DNA of 64,000 nucleotides from Promethearchaeota archaeon (lineage in GTDB: Archaea > Asgardarchaeota > Lokiarchaeia > Sigyniarchaeales > SOKP01). Position numbers and translations under genes: made by a program. The notes beneath the pieces were generated by a model, which saw only the letters and a program-made list of their open reading frames with translations, was not told the origin of the DNA and ran no database searches. The stretch is from assembly GCA_048941015.1 (NCBI GenBank), contig JBHLNZ010000001.1, positions 1-64,000 of the forward strand. Direction: 5' to 3'. Below are positions 47,653 to 58,472 of this stretch, in pieces (positions within the stretch are counted from its first letter, which is position 1; each line of letters begins with the position of its first letter).

Positions 47653-49095
47653 TTGAATACTTCAGAATTGTATGAGCTTTTTAGGCACACTCAAAAAATA
47701 AGTGAAGATTTTAAAGTCAATTTGAAGAAAAAAAAGACATTTCAAACGCTTTTTTTCCTCTATTTCATGATATATGTTTTTATAGGTATTTTACCTGCGA
47801 ATATTGATAATTTACTTATTACACTTCCTCAAACTACTAAGATGGGTATTGGGATCATAATTACAAGTAGTCTTTTTACAGGTATAATTAGTGTATTAAT
47901 ATTTGGTTATGTTGGTGATAAATTATCCTACAAAGCTTCACGTAAAAAGCTTTTTATTGTTACAAACTTGTTATGGATAATTGGATATGGCCTCTTTTCA
48001 TTATCGTTAAACTATATCTCTTTATTGATTTTAACCGTTATAGCTGCTATAGGCACTGGAGCATTTTTACCTATAGGTTTTTCATTTATAAGTGATTTAT
48101 TTCCTTCAGATAAACGGGGTAGTAAATTCGGGACAATGCAATTTGGAATGATTGTAGGTAATGGTACTGGAATCATTTTTGGAGCAATTTTAGGGACTCT
48201 TTTAAACTTTAATGGTTGGAGACTTGCATATGGAATAAGCTTTTTCCTTGGTGTAATTGCTATTTTAATGTATGTAAGTAAAGCGCAAGCTCCTATTCGT
48301 AAAAGGACAGAACCAGAATTAGCAAATTTTAATGTCGACTATAATTATAAAATTACGTTTGCCTCTATTTTTCAATTATTTCGTATAAAATCAATTATGG
48401 CAATCTTCCTTGCTGTTTTCTGTTCAGGGATAGCGCTATCCACACTTGGAAACTGGGCTATATTCTACTTATCCATAAAAATTTCCAGTTCAAATGCAGA
48501 GGGTTTAGCTACAGTTATTTATCTTTTGGTAGGATTAGGAGCCCTTCCTGGAACGATCATCGGAGGCAAAATGGGAGATTCTTCTTTGCGTCAGGGAAAA
48601 ATTAGAGGGCGAATCGTAATCTCAATAACTGGTCTTATTTCTGGAGTTTCATTAATGATGATTTTTTATATTTTTCCCTTTTTCACATACCATTCTATAT
48701 TCGTATTGATTTTCTGGATTATTTTTATTACTCTGGGTTTTATAGGATATTGCTTTTCTTATTTTTCTATGGGAAATCAATTTGCAATATATTCAGAAGT
48801 GTGTATTCCTGAGCTAAGGAGTACTGCCAATGCCATCAATGGACTAATGTTAAATATCGGAGGGATAATGGGTAACCTCATAATCTCTTCTCTTATTCAA
48901 AGCAATCTCGGTTTATTACCTTTTGCTATATTTTCAGTGTTAGCAATTTGGTTGTTTGGTTCCTTTTTATGGTTTATTGCTTACTCACAATATCCTAAAG
49001 ATGTCCTTAATCGAAGAAATGTTTTATTAGGAAGAAGAGAAGTGTTAAATCAGCAAATAAAGTCCCCTAAGCTTCATGAAGTTCTTAGAGCTTAA
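47653..49095 (+). CDS. MFS transporter (spinster-like)
   Basis: FGYVGDK..SRKKL, SDLFPSDKRG, GWRLAY, PELRSTA; 12 TM helices. Confidence 0.85.
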   Translation: MNTSELYELFRHTQKISEDFKVNLKKKKTFQTLFFLYFMIYVFIGILPANIDNLLITLPQTTKMGIGIIITSSLFTGIISVLIFGYVGDKLSYKASRKKLFIVTNLLWIIGYGLFSLSLNYISLLILTVIAAIGTGAFLPIGFSFISDLFPSDKRGSKFGTMQFGMIVGNGTGIIFGAILGTLLNFNGWRLAYGISFFLGVIAILMYVSKAQAPIRKRTEPELANFNVDYNYKITFASIFQLFRIKSIMAIFLAVFCSGIALSTLGNWAIFYLSIKISSSNAEGLATVIYLLVGLGALPGTIIGGKMGDSSLRQGKIRGRIVISITGLISGVSLMMIFYIFPFFTYHSIFVLIFWIIFITLGFIGYCFSYFSMGNQFAIYSEVCIPELRSTANAINGLMLNIGGIMGNLIISSLIQSNLGLLPFAIFSVLAIWLFGSFLWFIAYSQYPKDVLNRRNVLLGRREVLNQQIKSPKLHEVLRA

Positions 49096-49252
49096 AAAAG
49101 TTGCTATATATCAATCGAAAATGTCATTTAATTCTAATTTTACCTTTTTTTTCTTTTAAAATGACTCACCTATTTGATAAATAACTGATATTTGCAGATC
49201 AGAAGCGATTTTAAATACACTAATTAGTTTACTATATTGAGTTAATTATTTT

Positions 49253-49624
49253 TTAATCTCCTGTTGGAATTATAGTGCTCTTTTCTATCAATAAAATTGA
49301 AGTACGGGTAGGAGCTCTAGTACGATGTGTTACGCCCTTTGGAACTGTAAACCCTTGATTTTTCTTTAGTTCAATCAGTTTTTCTTCTAAATCAATTAAA
49401 AGGAGTCCATCGATAACGAAAAAAAATTCATCTTCTTTTTCATGTTTGTGCCAATGAAATTCTCCCTCGATGACGGCAAGTCTGACAACAGAATCATTAA
49501 CTTCACAAAGCGATAAATTCTGCCATTTTTTCTTACAACCTACGATTAATTTTGGTATGTCAATAACTTCTAATGGCATAAATTTTATTTGAAGATCGAT
49601 TGAATATTTATTATTTTCACTCAT
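49253..49624 (-). CDS. Cupin domain protein
   Basis: GEFHWHKHEKEDEFF, VPKGVTHR. Confidence 0.9.
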   Translation of the reverse strand: MSENNKYSIDLQIKFMPLEVIDIPKLIVGCKKKWQNLSLCEVNDSVVRLAVIEGEFHWHKHEKEDEFFFVIDGLLLIDLEEKLIELKKNQGFTVPKGVTHRTRAPTRTSILLIEKSTIIPTGD

Positions 49625-49825
49625 TTATTATCCCTCTTGTTAAAGAGTAATTCATTTTAAAATTAATGATTAATCACAATATCTGTCAATAATTTATTAA
49701 AAGTATAACTATTTTCGAAAAGTTTCCCTTAATCTTTTTAAAAAAAGTATATAACAAAAATCATACTATTAGAGTCGATAAAAATTGATAAAGTTATTAA
49801 ATGTAAATTTTTTTCCTTTTCATCC

Positions 49826-51316
49826 TTATGCTTTAAAATCTTTCTCTCTTAATTCTTTTTCAGCATTAATATAGATTTCATTAATTCTTTGTTGGATATT
49901 TTCTATTAATGGCATTGGTTGATGTGTTTCAAGAATATTTAATGTTATATGGATCAAATTTTCTCTGTAATCTTTTTTACCTTTTTTAATCCAAGTTTCT
50001 GGATCATCGCGATTAAAGAATTCTGGACGCCAAAGTTCTTCTCGAAAGTGTTTTAATGTATGTTTTTCTGAAAGAAATTCTCCACCTTGACCAACCTTTC
50101 GAATTATATCAATAGCAAGTTTTTCTCTATTCAATTTAAATCCATTAACAAATCTTTTAATATAACTTATAATTTCATTACACATAATAATAGAAGCCGG
50201 ATTTCCTAGTAATCCTTGTCCTAGGTATCCAATATCGTGAATCAAATTTGCACCATCAAGAGTAGCCAATAATGTTGCTACACCATGTTCAAACGCTGCT
50301 TGTTGATCAAGTGAAAATGAATCAGAGCCTACTGTAGACCACATAGGAAGATTATAATAGTGAAATAGATCAGCAAAAGCAGAATTAGCAATTCGAAATT
50401 CAGGAGCACCGTATAAAAAAGTCGATAATCTCATATCTAGTGGTACCAGAGCAAAACCAGAAATAATAGGAGCACCCTTTTTCTTAAGTTGATGTAAAAC
50501 AATACCACTTAAAGCTTCAGCATTTGCTTGAGCAATTCCTCCTGCTAAAGTTACTACTGCAGTTGCTCCCATAATATCTCCTGGAGTGTAACAAATTGGT
50601 ATACCTTTTTCAGCACAAAGAAAAAGTTTCCTAATAGCTCCATATGAATGCGATAGGGGTGCGGTTGGTTCAGAGTAATGTATAATAAAGGGCTTATATT
50701 TAAGTTGCTCTGCCCCACCAGCGATTAATTCTGCCATTTCAATAATAAATGCAAGGTCTTCTCTCCCAGCTGCAGTAAAGAAAATTGGTTTGACTGAGTT
50801 TTCCATCATAGCTTTCACACAATTGATATACATTAAATTAGTTGGAACATCAGAAGGTAATGCAAATGATGCAATGAAGTCAATATTTTGACAAAAATCA
50901 GCAATTCGAGCCGCATTTTTTACATCTTGTAATACAGATAATCTGATTTGACCTGTTTTTAAATCCTGAGTACGTATTAAGTCAGTTCCCAACCCAAAAT
51001 AATTATTGTGATTTTCTAACCTCATTGCTTCCTGTCCCTCTCTATTGTAAATAGTAATACGGGAAGGAGCACTGTGAATACTTTCTTCGACTAACCAATT
51101 TGGGATGTGTACGATATCATCATCCTCAATTGTACAACCCGCTTTTTCTAAGAGTTTTACACCTTCTTTAAGAGATACACGAACTCCAATATTTTCTAAG
51201 ATCTCCAAACTTGCTAGATGGATTTTTTTAATTTGTTTTTCTGATAAAAACCTATAATGTGGTCTACAATTTTTTTCAATTGAATCTACCATTTTATTTT
51301 TACCCTCAATTTTCAT
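49826..51316 (-). CDS. Trimethylamine methyltransferase (MttB superfamily), non-pyrrolysine
   Basis: IHLASLEILENIGV, TLAGGIAQANAE, GANLIHDIG, FLSEKHT; no amber codon. Confidence 0.9.
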   Translation of the reverse strand: MKIEGKNKMVDSIEKNCRPHYRFLSEKQIKKIHLASLEILENIGVRVSLKEGVKLLEKAGCTIEDDDIVHIPNWLVEESIHSAPSRITIYNREGQEAMRLENHNNYFGLGTDLIRTQDLKTGQIRLSVLQDVKNAARIADFCQNIDFIASFALPSDVPTNLMYINCVKAMMENSVKPIFFTAAGREDLAFIIEMAELIAGGAEQLKYKPFIIHYSEPTAPLSHSYGAIRKLFLCAEKGIPICYTPGDIMGATAVVTLAGGIAQANAEALSGIVLHQLKKKGAPIISGFALVPLDMRLSTFLYGAPEFRIANSAFADLFHYYNLPMWSTVGSDSFSLDQQAAFEHGVATLLATLDGANLIHDIGYLGQGLLGNPASIIMCNEIISYIKRFVNGFKLNREKLAIDIIRKVGQGGEFLSEKHTLKHFREELWRPEFFNRDDPETWIKKGKKDYRENLIHITLNILETHQPMPLIENIQQRINEIYINAEKELREKDFKA

Positions 51317-51335
51317 ATATTATAAATCATATATA

Positions 51336-51983
51336 TCAATTTTTTATCAAGGTTTTTACTACTTTGACAGCAACTATGGCATTTTCAGCATAACCATCAG
51401 CACCACATTCTTCAACCCATCTTTCTGTTACAGGTGCCCCCCCTAAGATTACTTTGAATTTGTCTCTAATTCTTTTATCTATAAGAAGTTCTACAACGCG
51501 TTTCTGTTTCACCATTGTTGTTGTTAAAAGAGCAGAAACCGCAATGATATCTACATCTTTTTTAATTGCTTCCTCAATAATTACTTCGGGTTGAACGTCT
51601 ACCCCTAAATCATAAACCTCAAATCCATAAGCTTTAAGCATTGTACCAACAATTGTCTTTCCTATTGAATGAATATCACCTTCTATAGTTGCGATTACTA
51701 CTTTGCCCAATACTTTCCGTGTTTCACCAGATTGAAGATGTGGTATGAGAACATCCGTGCATTCTTCCAATATTTTTCCACCCATCATCAATTCGGGCAA
51801 GAAATAATCTCCATTTTCCCATAATTCTCCTACAATTTTTATTCCTTCTCCAAATCCTCTTTCGAGAATATCTAATATATCCATCTTTTTATTAATTGCT
51901 CTTTTAGATAATTTTAATGCTTCCTCTCGGTTCAGACTTTTTATTGAATTTTTGATTTCAATTATTAAATCTTCCGTTGACAT
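51336..51983 (-). CDS. Methyltransferase cognate corrinoid protein (MttC/MtbC-like)
   Basis: YFLPELM, GDIHSIGK (DxHxxG), SALLTTTM, GGAP. Confidence 0.93.
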   Translation of the reverse strand: MSTEDLIIEIKNSIKSLNREEALKLSKRAINKKMDILDILERGFGEGIKIVGELWENGDYFLPELMMGGKILEECTDVLIPHLQSGETRKVLGKVVIATIEGDIHSIGKTIVGTMLKAYGFEVYDLGVDVQPEVIIEEAIKKDVDIIAVSALLTTTMVKQKRVVELLIDKRIRDKFKVILGGAPVTERWVEECGADGYAENAIVAVKVVKTLIKN

Positions 51984-51995
51984 AAACCTCTCACT

Positions 51996-53177
51996 TTATT
52001 CTTTAACTTTATTTAAAAAATTTTGATCTATATATTGAGAAATATACTCTCTTAATTTGGGATCATAACCCTTTAGAAGTGCTTTAAGTTTTAGTAATGC
52101 TTTATTTGGATTCTCATCCAACAAAGTAATTTCACAGCCGGGTCCAGGAATATATCTCCCTTCCTTTTCAATATCCCTATTTACTAATTGCATAAGGATT
52201 GATTTGCGAAATATTTCACGTTCATCATCAAGAAATAGTGCTTTATTATTAGAGTTTCCAATTAATACTTTATCTCTGATAAGTTTAGAAAATTGTTTTA
52301 ATGAAACTTCTTCATCTAAACTAAAAGCATCAACTTCTTTTAGTTTTGCAAAGGAATTGAATAACATTGTAGTATTTCCACAAGCATGAAAAATAACTGA
52401 ACTATTATTAGTTTTAATCAATTTTATTAAACTATTTAATGGATTCAGTAAATAATTCTGGAATCTAGCATTATCAAGATATATTGCATTTGGTTCTAGG
52501 ATGCAAAATACTTCAAAACCTAATTTTAATAAATATTTCGCTAGAATTTTTGAGCATTCTGTGGTGTAATCAATCCATTTTTTCAGAATTGAATTTCTAG
52601 TATTCTCATGTTTATTTTTAACAGACAGCAATAACATTTTTTCAGGACTGATTAATTGAGCCAAAAGTGATGCAGGACCAGGAATATATCCCATTAAGAG
52701 CTTATCACTTAAAATCGGGGAAGAACGAACCAATTTTACAAAGATCTCATTTTGACATAAAATTTTATCCTTTTCTAATATTGGGTACTTCATCTGATCG
52801 TTGAGTATCAGATCATGATCAAAGAATGATTTGATGGCTGTTTCTCCCGTAGGGAAATTCTTAATAACGATACCTTTACCATTAACCAATGCTACTGATT
52901 GAGCAAGGTTATTTAAATCCATAAATGTACTTATTATTGGAATAGATACATCTAAATTTTCCAATTCACCGTAAATCCATTCCAATATTTCGACTTGAAG
53001 CTCATAATCACTTCGCATCACTTTTTCAGAGTGATATTTTTCTTTTTCCCCTTTAAATTTATATATGTTGAAATTTTTTAAGATTGCTTCGATTGCAATT
53101 AGGAGAATTGTGATATTCTTCTTAAATTTTGATCGTTGATTTGCCAAATCCCTTAATGTTATCGGTTCATCCACCAT
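51996..53177 (-). CDS. Uroporphyrinogen-decarboxylase-fold methyltransferase (MtaA/CmuA-like MT2)
   Basis: GP.SL, HACG (HxC zinc ligands), LIGN, PGCE (third Cys); operon with the corrinoid protein and MttB. Confidence 0.75.
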   Translation of the reverse strand: MVDEPITLRDLANQRSKFKKNITILLIAIEAILKNFNIYKFKGEKEKYHSEKVMRSDYELQVEILEWIYGELENLDVSIPIISTFMDLNNLAQSVALVNGKGIVIKNFPTGETAIKSFFDHDLILNDQMKYPILEKDKILCQNEIFVKLVRSSPILSDKLLMGYIPGPASLLAQLISPEKMLLLSVKNKHENTRNSILKKWIDYTTECSKILAKYLLKLGFEVFCILEPNAIYLDNARFQNYLLNPLNSLIKLIKTNNSSVIFHACGNTTMLFNSFAKLKEVDAFSLDEEVSLKQFSKLIRDKVLIGNSNNKALFLDDEREIFRKSILMQLVNRDIEKEGRYIPGPGCEITLLDENPNKALLKLKALLKGYDPKLREYISQYIDQNFLNKVKE

Positions 53178-53257
53178 GAAATTGCTTCTTCATATTTCTT
53201 CTATTTTTGAAAAAAATTTCTCATAGACTATGCAGTTATACTTGATATAAAAAACTA

Positions 53258-53316
53258 ACTGAATAATATTCAAAAAGCCCCTAAGAAAAATATGTATTTA
53301 CTGAATAATATTCAAA
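53258..53316. promoter_or_regulatory. Paired palindromic operator TGAATAATATTCA upstream of the methyltransferase operon
   Basis: Exact 17-mer actgaataatattcaaa at 53258 and 53300 (42 bp spacing). Confidence 0.7.
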
Positions 53317-53486
53317 TATTAATCTCTTTATAAAAAAAAATTAAAACACTTAAAATACTAAAATGCAGTCTTGATATTTATCGTGTAAAGAATGAGAATC
53401 CAATTTACACAAGGTGTTACCATAATAATCAAATCATTATATTGCATCTATCTAAATCATTTAAAAATAATTTTTATAATATTTTC

Positions 53487-53556
53487 TTGAACAATAAACA
53501 ATTTTTTATAAAGTTATTAAATACTTTTTGAATAATCTTCAAGAAATATTTATATA
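53487..53556 (+). promoter_or_regulatory. Paired operator plus TATA box upstream of the amidohydrolase
   Basis: ttgaacaataaacaa (53487), ttgaataatcttcaa (53528), then tttatata; near-copy at 59225-59294. Confidence 0.65.
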
Positions 53557-53598
53557 CCTAATTATAATCAATGTATTTGGTAAACAACTTTAGTAGTA

Positions 53599-54834
53599 GT
53601 GATTAAAATGTATGTATTAAAAGGAAGAATTATTGATGGAACGGGAAGAGATCCTATAGAAAATGGTCTTGTTGTGGTTGAAGGTAATAAAATTACAGAG
53701 GTCTGTAAACAAAATGAATTCACAATTCCTGATAAAGCAGAAATCATAGAAATTAAGGATGGTACCATAATGCCAGGCTTTATTGAACAACACGTGCATT
53801 TAGGTATAGGTTCAGTAAACCCACAAATTATGTTTGAGTATACGATACAAGAGAGGACCTGTCAAGCAATCTATGATCTCCAGAAACTAATCGAAGCGGG
53901 TTTTACGAGTGTCCGAGAACCTGGAGGTTTTGGGTATTTATTGAAAGAACCGATTGCTAAAGGACTAATAAATGGTACTAGAATTTGTTCTGCTGATGTT
54001 ATCACTCAAACTGGAGGTCACTTTGATATGTATCAAAAATATCCTACAGAATGGCTTAAACAACGTGCTAGTGGTGCGGGGCTAATTTTAGCAGATGGTA
54101 AAGAAGAAGTCCGAAAAGCCTCACGAATATCGCTCCGAAACGGATCTGAATTCCTCAAAATCTGTACAACTGGGGGAATTACATCACAAGGAGATATAAA
54201 TACAAATAGTCAATATAGTTTAGAAGAAATCAAGACCTTTGTTGAAGAAGCGGAAATGCATGATACTTATGTATCTAGTCATGCCCAAGGAACCGCAGGG
54301 ATTAAAAACGCCTTGTTGGGCGGAGTAAAAAGTATTGAACACGGAATATTTATGGACGATGAGTGTATTGAATTAATGATCGAAAAAGGAGCTTGGGTAG
54401 TCCCTACATTCACCATCTGTCAAGTTTACATGGATTTTATCAAATTAGTACCTAAATGGATAGTGCCTAAGATTGAAGCATCTTATCCAGCCCATTATGA
54501 ATCCATAAAGAAATGCTACAAGGCAGGGATTAAAATTGGCTTGGGTGCTGACCTTTTGGGTGATCCAAGGGTATGTCCATATGGAATTAATGGAAGGGAA
54601 TTCGAGAAATTAACCCAGATCGGAATGAGTCCGATGGAAGCTATTGTCGCAGGGACAAAAACGGGTGCAGAAATTATTATGCGCGAAAATGAATTGGGGA
54701 CTCTCGAACCAGGCAAGTTGGCAGATATCACCATTTGTGAAGGGAATCCTTTGGAAAAAATTAAAATTTTAGCAAAGGTCAAAAAAATCAAATTTGTTAT
54801 GATTGATGGAAAAATCAAAAAGCATATTGAATAA
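53599..54834 (+). CDS. Metal-dependent amidohydrolase (Xaa-Pro dipeptidase-like)
   Basis: MPGFIEQHVH, GFTSVRE, KICTTGG, HAQG, SIEHG, GTLEPGKLAD. Confidence 0.9.
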   Translation: MIKMYVLKGRIIDGTGRDPIENGLVVVEGNKITEVCKQNEFTIPDKAEIIEIKDGTIMPGFIEQHVHLGIGSVNPQIMFEYTIQERTCQAIYDLQKLIEAGFTSVREPGGFGYLLKEPIAKGLINGTRICSADVITQTGGHFDMYQKYPTEWLKQRASGAGLILADGKEEVRKASRISLRNGSEFLKICTTGGITSQGDINTNSQYSLEEIKTFVEEAEMHDTYVSSHAQGTAGIKNALLGGVKSIEHGIFMDDECIELMIEKGAWVVPTFTICQVYMDFIKLVPKWIVPKIEASYPAHYESIKKCYKAGIKIGLGADLLGDPRVCPYGINGREFEKLTQIGMSPMEAIVAGTKTGAEIIMRENELGTLEPGKLADITICEGNPLEKIKILAKVKKIKFVMIDGKIKKHIE

Positions 54835-55124
54835 CATTACTGAAGAAAAATCTTGGTTCTTTTTGGATATTCTTTGATGAATTACTTTTTAAACTTTAAT
54901 AACAATTTCTTTTTTTTTAATATTTTTTTGAATATAAAAATCATCATCATTACGTTATCAACTTTAATAATCAAAATAATTGGAAAAGAAATTGAAATAA
55001 CTAATTTAATATCGCTTAGCTCTAATGAGACAAGAGTAGAATATATAATATATATTAAATAAACATGCGTTTTGAAATTGCACTACTTTAAACATTTAAA
55101 AACAATAATTTTATTCTTTTAATT

Positions 55125-56570
55125 ATGAAAAATAAATATATATCTTGGATTGATACGAATAAAGAACGGTTAATAGAAATTAGTAATGAGATCTGGAAAT
55201 TTGCTGAAATTGGCTTAGAAGAGTACGAATCTTCGAAATTATTAATAGAAACATTAAAAGGTACTGGATTTAGAATTCAAGGCGGAGTAGCTGATATGCC
55301 AACTGCATTTGTCGCGAGTTATGGAGTTGGCAAACCGATAATAGCAATTTTAGGTGAATATGATGCGTTACCAGGGCTAAGTCAGATCGCTGAGCCCGTG
55401 AAGAAACCATTAAAGGAGGGGGCTCCAGGACACGGATGTGGTCATAATTTATTAGGAGTGGGAGCTTTAAGTGCAGTTTTAGCCGTTAAGGAGGCAATTG
55501 ATGCTGGTGACGCTAAGGGAACAATTAGATACTATGGATGTCCAGCAGAAGAAAAATTTAATAGCAAGGGCTACATGATCAAACCTGGAGGCTTATTCGA
55601 TGATGTCGATATTGCACTTACTTGGCATCCGGCTTATTTAAATGCCGTGGTTAGTATAACTGCATTAAGTTTAAACCATGTATTCTTCAAATTTAATGGC
55701 AGAACAGCACATGCATCAGTAGATCCGTTTAATGGACGAAGCGCGCTTGATGCTGTTGAATTAATGAATGTTGGTGCAAATTACATGCGGGAGCACATTA
55801 TTCCTGATGCAAGACTCCATTATGTAATAACAAATGGTGGTAAAGCGCCTAACGTTGTTCCTGATGAGGCAGAGGTTTATTATTATGTCCGAGCACCTGA
55901 AAGGTATCAAGTAGAGGAAATCTATGATCGATTAATCAAAATTGCAGAAGGCGCAGCATTAATGACTGAGACTAAATTTGAAATAGAATTTATTGGTGGA
56001 GTATATAATATAATCCATAATGAAGTGATTACTGAAGTTTTAGCAGAAAAATTGAAAGAAGCCCGTCCACCTAAATTTGATAAAGAAGAACAAGAATTTG
56101 CTAAGGAAATTAAAAAGACATTACCGCCACATTCACATCATCAATATAAAAAATTAATTCCTCCTAAATTCTTGGATTTAGCAATGCAGGTTTTGAGCCA
56201 ACCATTATGTCCCCCAATGGTATTTCCTAACCCGGGTAAGAGCGTAATATTTCCGGGATCAAGTGATCTTGGTGATATATCTTGGAATGTACCTTTAGGT
56301 CAATTTAGTACTGCCTGTCATGTAATGGGCTCACCAGACCATTCTTGGCAAAATGTAGCAACATCTGGAATGAGTATTGGGCATAAAGGAATGCTCTCGG
56401 CAGCAAAAACTCTTGCATTAACCGCTATAGAATTCATGAATAATCCCGATTTAGTTGAAAAAGCACAAAAAGAATTTAAAGAAGCTACTAAAGGTAGACC
56501 ATATAAATCCCCATTTCCAGAAAGTTATCAGATCCCCTTTGAAAGGCTTAAAAAGCATCTAAATGTTTAA
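55125..56570 (+). CDS. M20 amidohydrolase (AbgB-like)
   Basis: GEYDALPGLSQ, GHGCGHNLLG, CPAEE, WHP, GRSALDAVELM, HSWQ. Confidence 0.9.
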   Translation: MKNKYISWIDTNKERLIEISNEIWKFAEIGLEEYESSKLLIETLKGTGFRIQGGVADMPTAFVASYGVGKPIIAILGEYDALPGLSQIAEPVKKPLKEGAPGHGCGHNLLGVGALSAVLAVKEAIDAGDAKGTIRYYGCPAEEKFNSKGYMIKPGGLFDDVDIALTWHPAYLNAVVSITALSLNHVFFKFNGRTAHASVDPFNGRSALDAVELMNVGANYMREHIIPDARLHYVITNGGKAPNVVPDEAEVYYYVRAPERYQVEEIYDRLIKIAEGAALMTETKFEIEFIGGVYNIIHNEVITEVLAEKLKEARPPKFDKEEQEFAKEIKKTLPPHSHHQYKKLIPPKFLDLAMQVLSQPLCPPMVFPNPGKSVIFPGSSDLGDISWNVPLGQFSTACHVMGSPDHSWQNVATSGMSIGHKGMLSAAKTLALTAIEFMNNPDLVEKAQKEFKEATKGRPYKSPFPESYQIPFERLKKHLNV

Positions 56571-56597
56571 AAAGCTATTAAAAATTCAATTTTTTTT

Positions 56598-58343
56598 TCA
56601 ATCATCTAAATTATTTTTTCCTGCCTCCTCACGAAGCGCTCTTTTTAATACTTTACCTACAACGGTTAATGGTAGTTCCTCACGGAATTCCCAGATTTTC
56701 GGATTCTCATATTTAGAAAGAAATTCTGAAGCATACTTTTTTAAGTTTTTTTTTACAGTTTCTGTAGCTTGCAGACCTTCCCTTAATTTCACGACTGCTT
56801 TTACTATTTCACTTCCAGGACGATCTGGATCTGGCAAACCAATTATAGCAACTAATTCAATATCGGGATTTTTTGTCAAGAGGTCTTCCACATGAACGCT
56901 ATATACCTTAAATCCACTTACAATTAGCATATCCTTTGTCCTATCAACAATCTTAATGTATCCATCTTCATCCATTATACCTACATCCCCTGTGTGGAAC
57001 CAGCCATTTATAATGGTCTGCGCATTTGCCTCAGGTTTATTATAATATCCTCTCGTGACATTTGGACCCTTGCAAATAATCTCTCCAGCTTGTCCAAGTG
57101 GTACCTGTTCTCCTGTTTCCACATTAATGAGGCGTAAATCAACGTCTGGAACAGGTAACCCTACAGTACCTATTTTTTTCATACCTCGATATGGATTCAT
57201 TGTAATAATTGGTGATGTTTCTGTCATTCCATACACTTCAAGAAGCTTATTCTCAGCTTTCATAGCCTTTTCAAAATCTCTGATAGCTTCAGCAGGAAAA
57301 GGTGCGGCACCTGAAGCATAAATTTCAACACTTTCTAAACCTGATTCTGAAAATTCCTTCACTTTTGGACTATTTTTTATATTTAAATATAATGTAGGAA
57401 CATTTGCAACTATTCGAGGCTTTTTCTCGATCATTTCCTTAATAATATGTTTTGTATCTCGAGGGTTTGCAATTAGAACTTGACTACAAGACATAAATAA
57501 AGCTACCATAGACATTTGTAATCCTGCTAAATGAAAAAGGGGAAAGGCAGATAAAATTACCTTGCCCTCGTCTTCTTCTTTAAAATCAAGCCAATTTTTT
57601 ATTTGAATTAAATTTGCTATAATGTTAGCATGGGTGAGTTCAGTACCCTTTGGCAAGCCGGTTGTTCCACCAGTATATTGAAGCAAAGCAAGATCTTTAT
57701 CCACATCAATTGAAACATGTTTTAAATCAATCTGATTTTCCATTATGCTTTTAAAATTAAGTATAGTTTTTCCTGAATAAGGTATGACTTTTCCTTTTGG
57801 TATCTTTTTTAACAATTTACCAAGAACAACCTTGAATTTTGGGAATCCCATGTAATCAGCGATATTTGACGTAATGATGCATCTAAGATTTGGTAAATTA
57901 TCCAGTATTTTTATTAAAGCCTTATCATAGATTGCATCCAGGGTTACGAAGAATTTTGAACCGCTATCATTTATTTGATACTCTAGTTCATTAGGACTCA
58001 TGAGAGGGGAACATCCCGAAGCTACACCGCCAGCTAATAAAGTCCCAAAGTGAGCGACCAGATATTGAGGACAATTTGGTAAATTGATAGCAACACGATC
58101 TCCTTTTTGTAATCCATTCTTTTGTAAGAATGTCGCAAACCTATGAACCATCTCTCTTATTTCTTTAAATGAAATCTTCTTTTCCATGAAATAACAAGCA
58201 GGAATATCAGAATATTTTGCCATTGCATCATCAAATAGCTTCCCAAGACTTTCTTTAGGATAAATTAATTTTGGTTTAACGTGAGAATCGTAAGATTTTA
58301 TCCATATCTTTTGATCATATGGACTTAATTCTTGTTCTTGCAT
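56598..58343 (-). CDS. Long-chain fatty acid-CoA ligase
   Basis: YTGGTTGLPKG, YGMTETSP, TGD, DRTKD, GKVLK. Confidence 0.92.
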   Translation of the reverse strand: MQEQELSPYDQKIWIKSYDSHVKPKLIYPKESLGKLFDDAMAKYSDIPACYFMEKKISFKEIREMVHRFATFLQKNGLQKGDRVAINLPNCPQYLVAHFGTLLAGGVASGCSPLMSPNELEYQINDSGSKFFVTLDAIYDKALIKILDNLPNLRCIITSNIADYMGFPKFKVVLGKLLKKIPKGKVIPYSGKTILNFKSIMENQIDLKHVSIDVDKDLALLQYTGGTTGLPKGTELTHANIIANLIQIKNWLDFKEEDEGKVILSAFPLFHLAGLQMSMVALFMSCSQVLIANPRDTKHIIKEMIEKKPRIVANVPTLYLNIKNSPKVKEFSESGLESVEIYASGAAPFPAEAIRDFEKAMKAENKLLEVYGMTETSPIITMNPYRGMKKIGTVGLPVPDVDLRLINVETGEQVPLGQAGEIICKGPNVTRGYYNKPEANAQTIINGWFHTGDVGIMDEDGYIKIVDRTKDMLIVSGFKVYSVHVEDLLTKNPDIELVAIIGLPDPDRPGSEIVKAVVKLREGLQATETVKKNLKKYASEFLSKYENPKIWEFREELPLTVVGKVLKRALREEAGKNNLDD

Positions 58344-58472
58344 TTTTTATTTCACTTTATCGTTTTTATTATTTTTTTTAATTTATAGAATGTAAGTTTA
58401 GAATATAAATGAATATAGAAGAGTTATGTTTATGAAATTCATAACATCTCCAAATTTAATAAAATAAAGAAG

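Noticed and set aside
1012-51316. Pyrrolysine recoding in the two MttB genes
   Set aside because: Both ORFs are full length with no in-frame TAG
54853-55062. 69 aa ORF between the amidohydrolases
   Set aside because: Low-complexity AT-rich intergenic sequence with a TTG start and no motif
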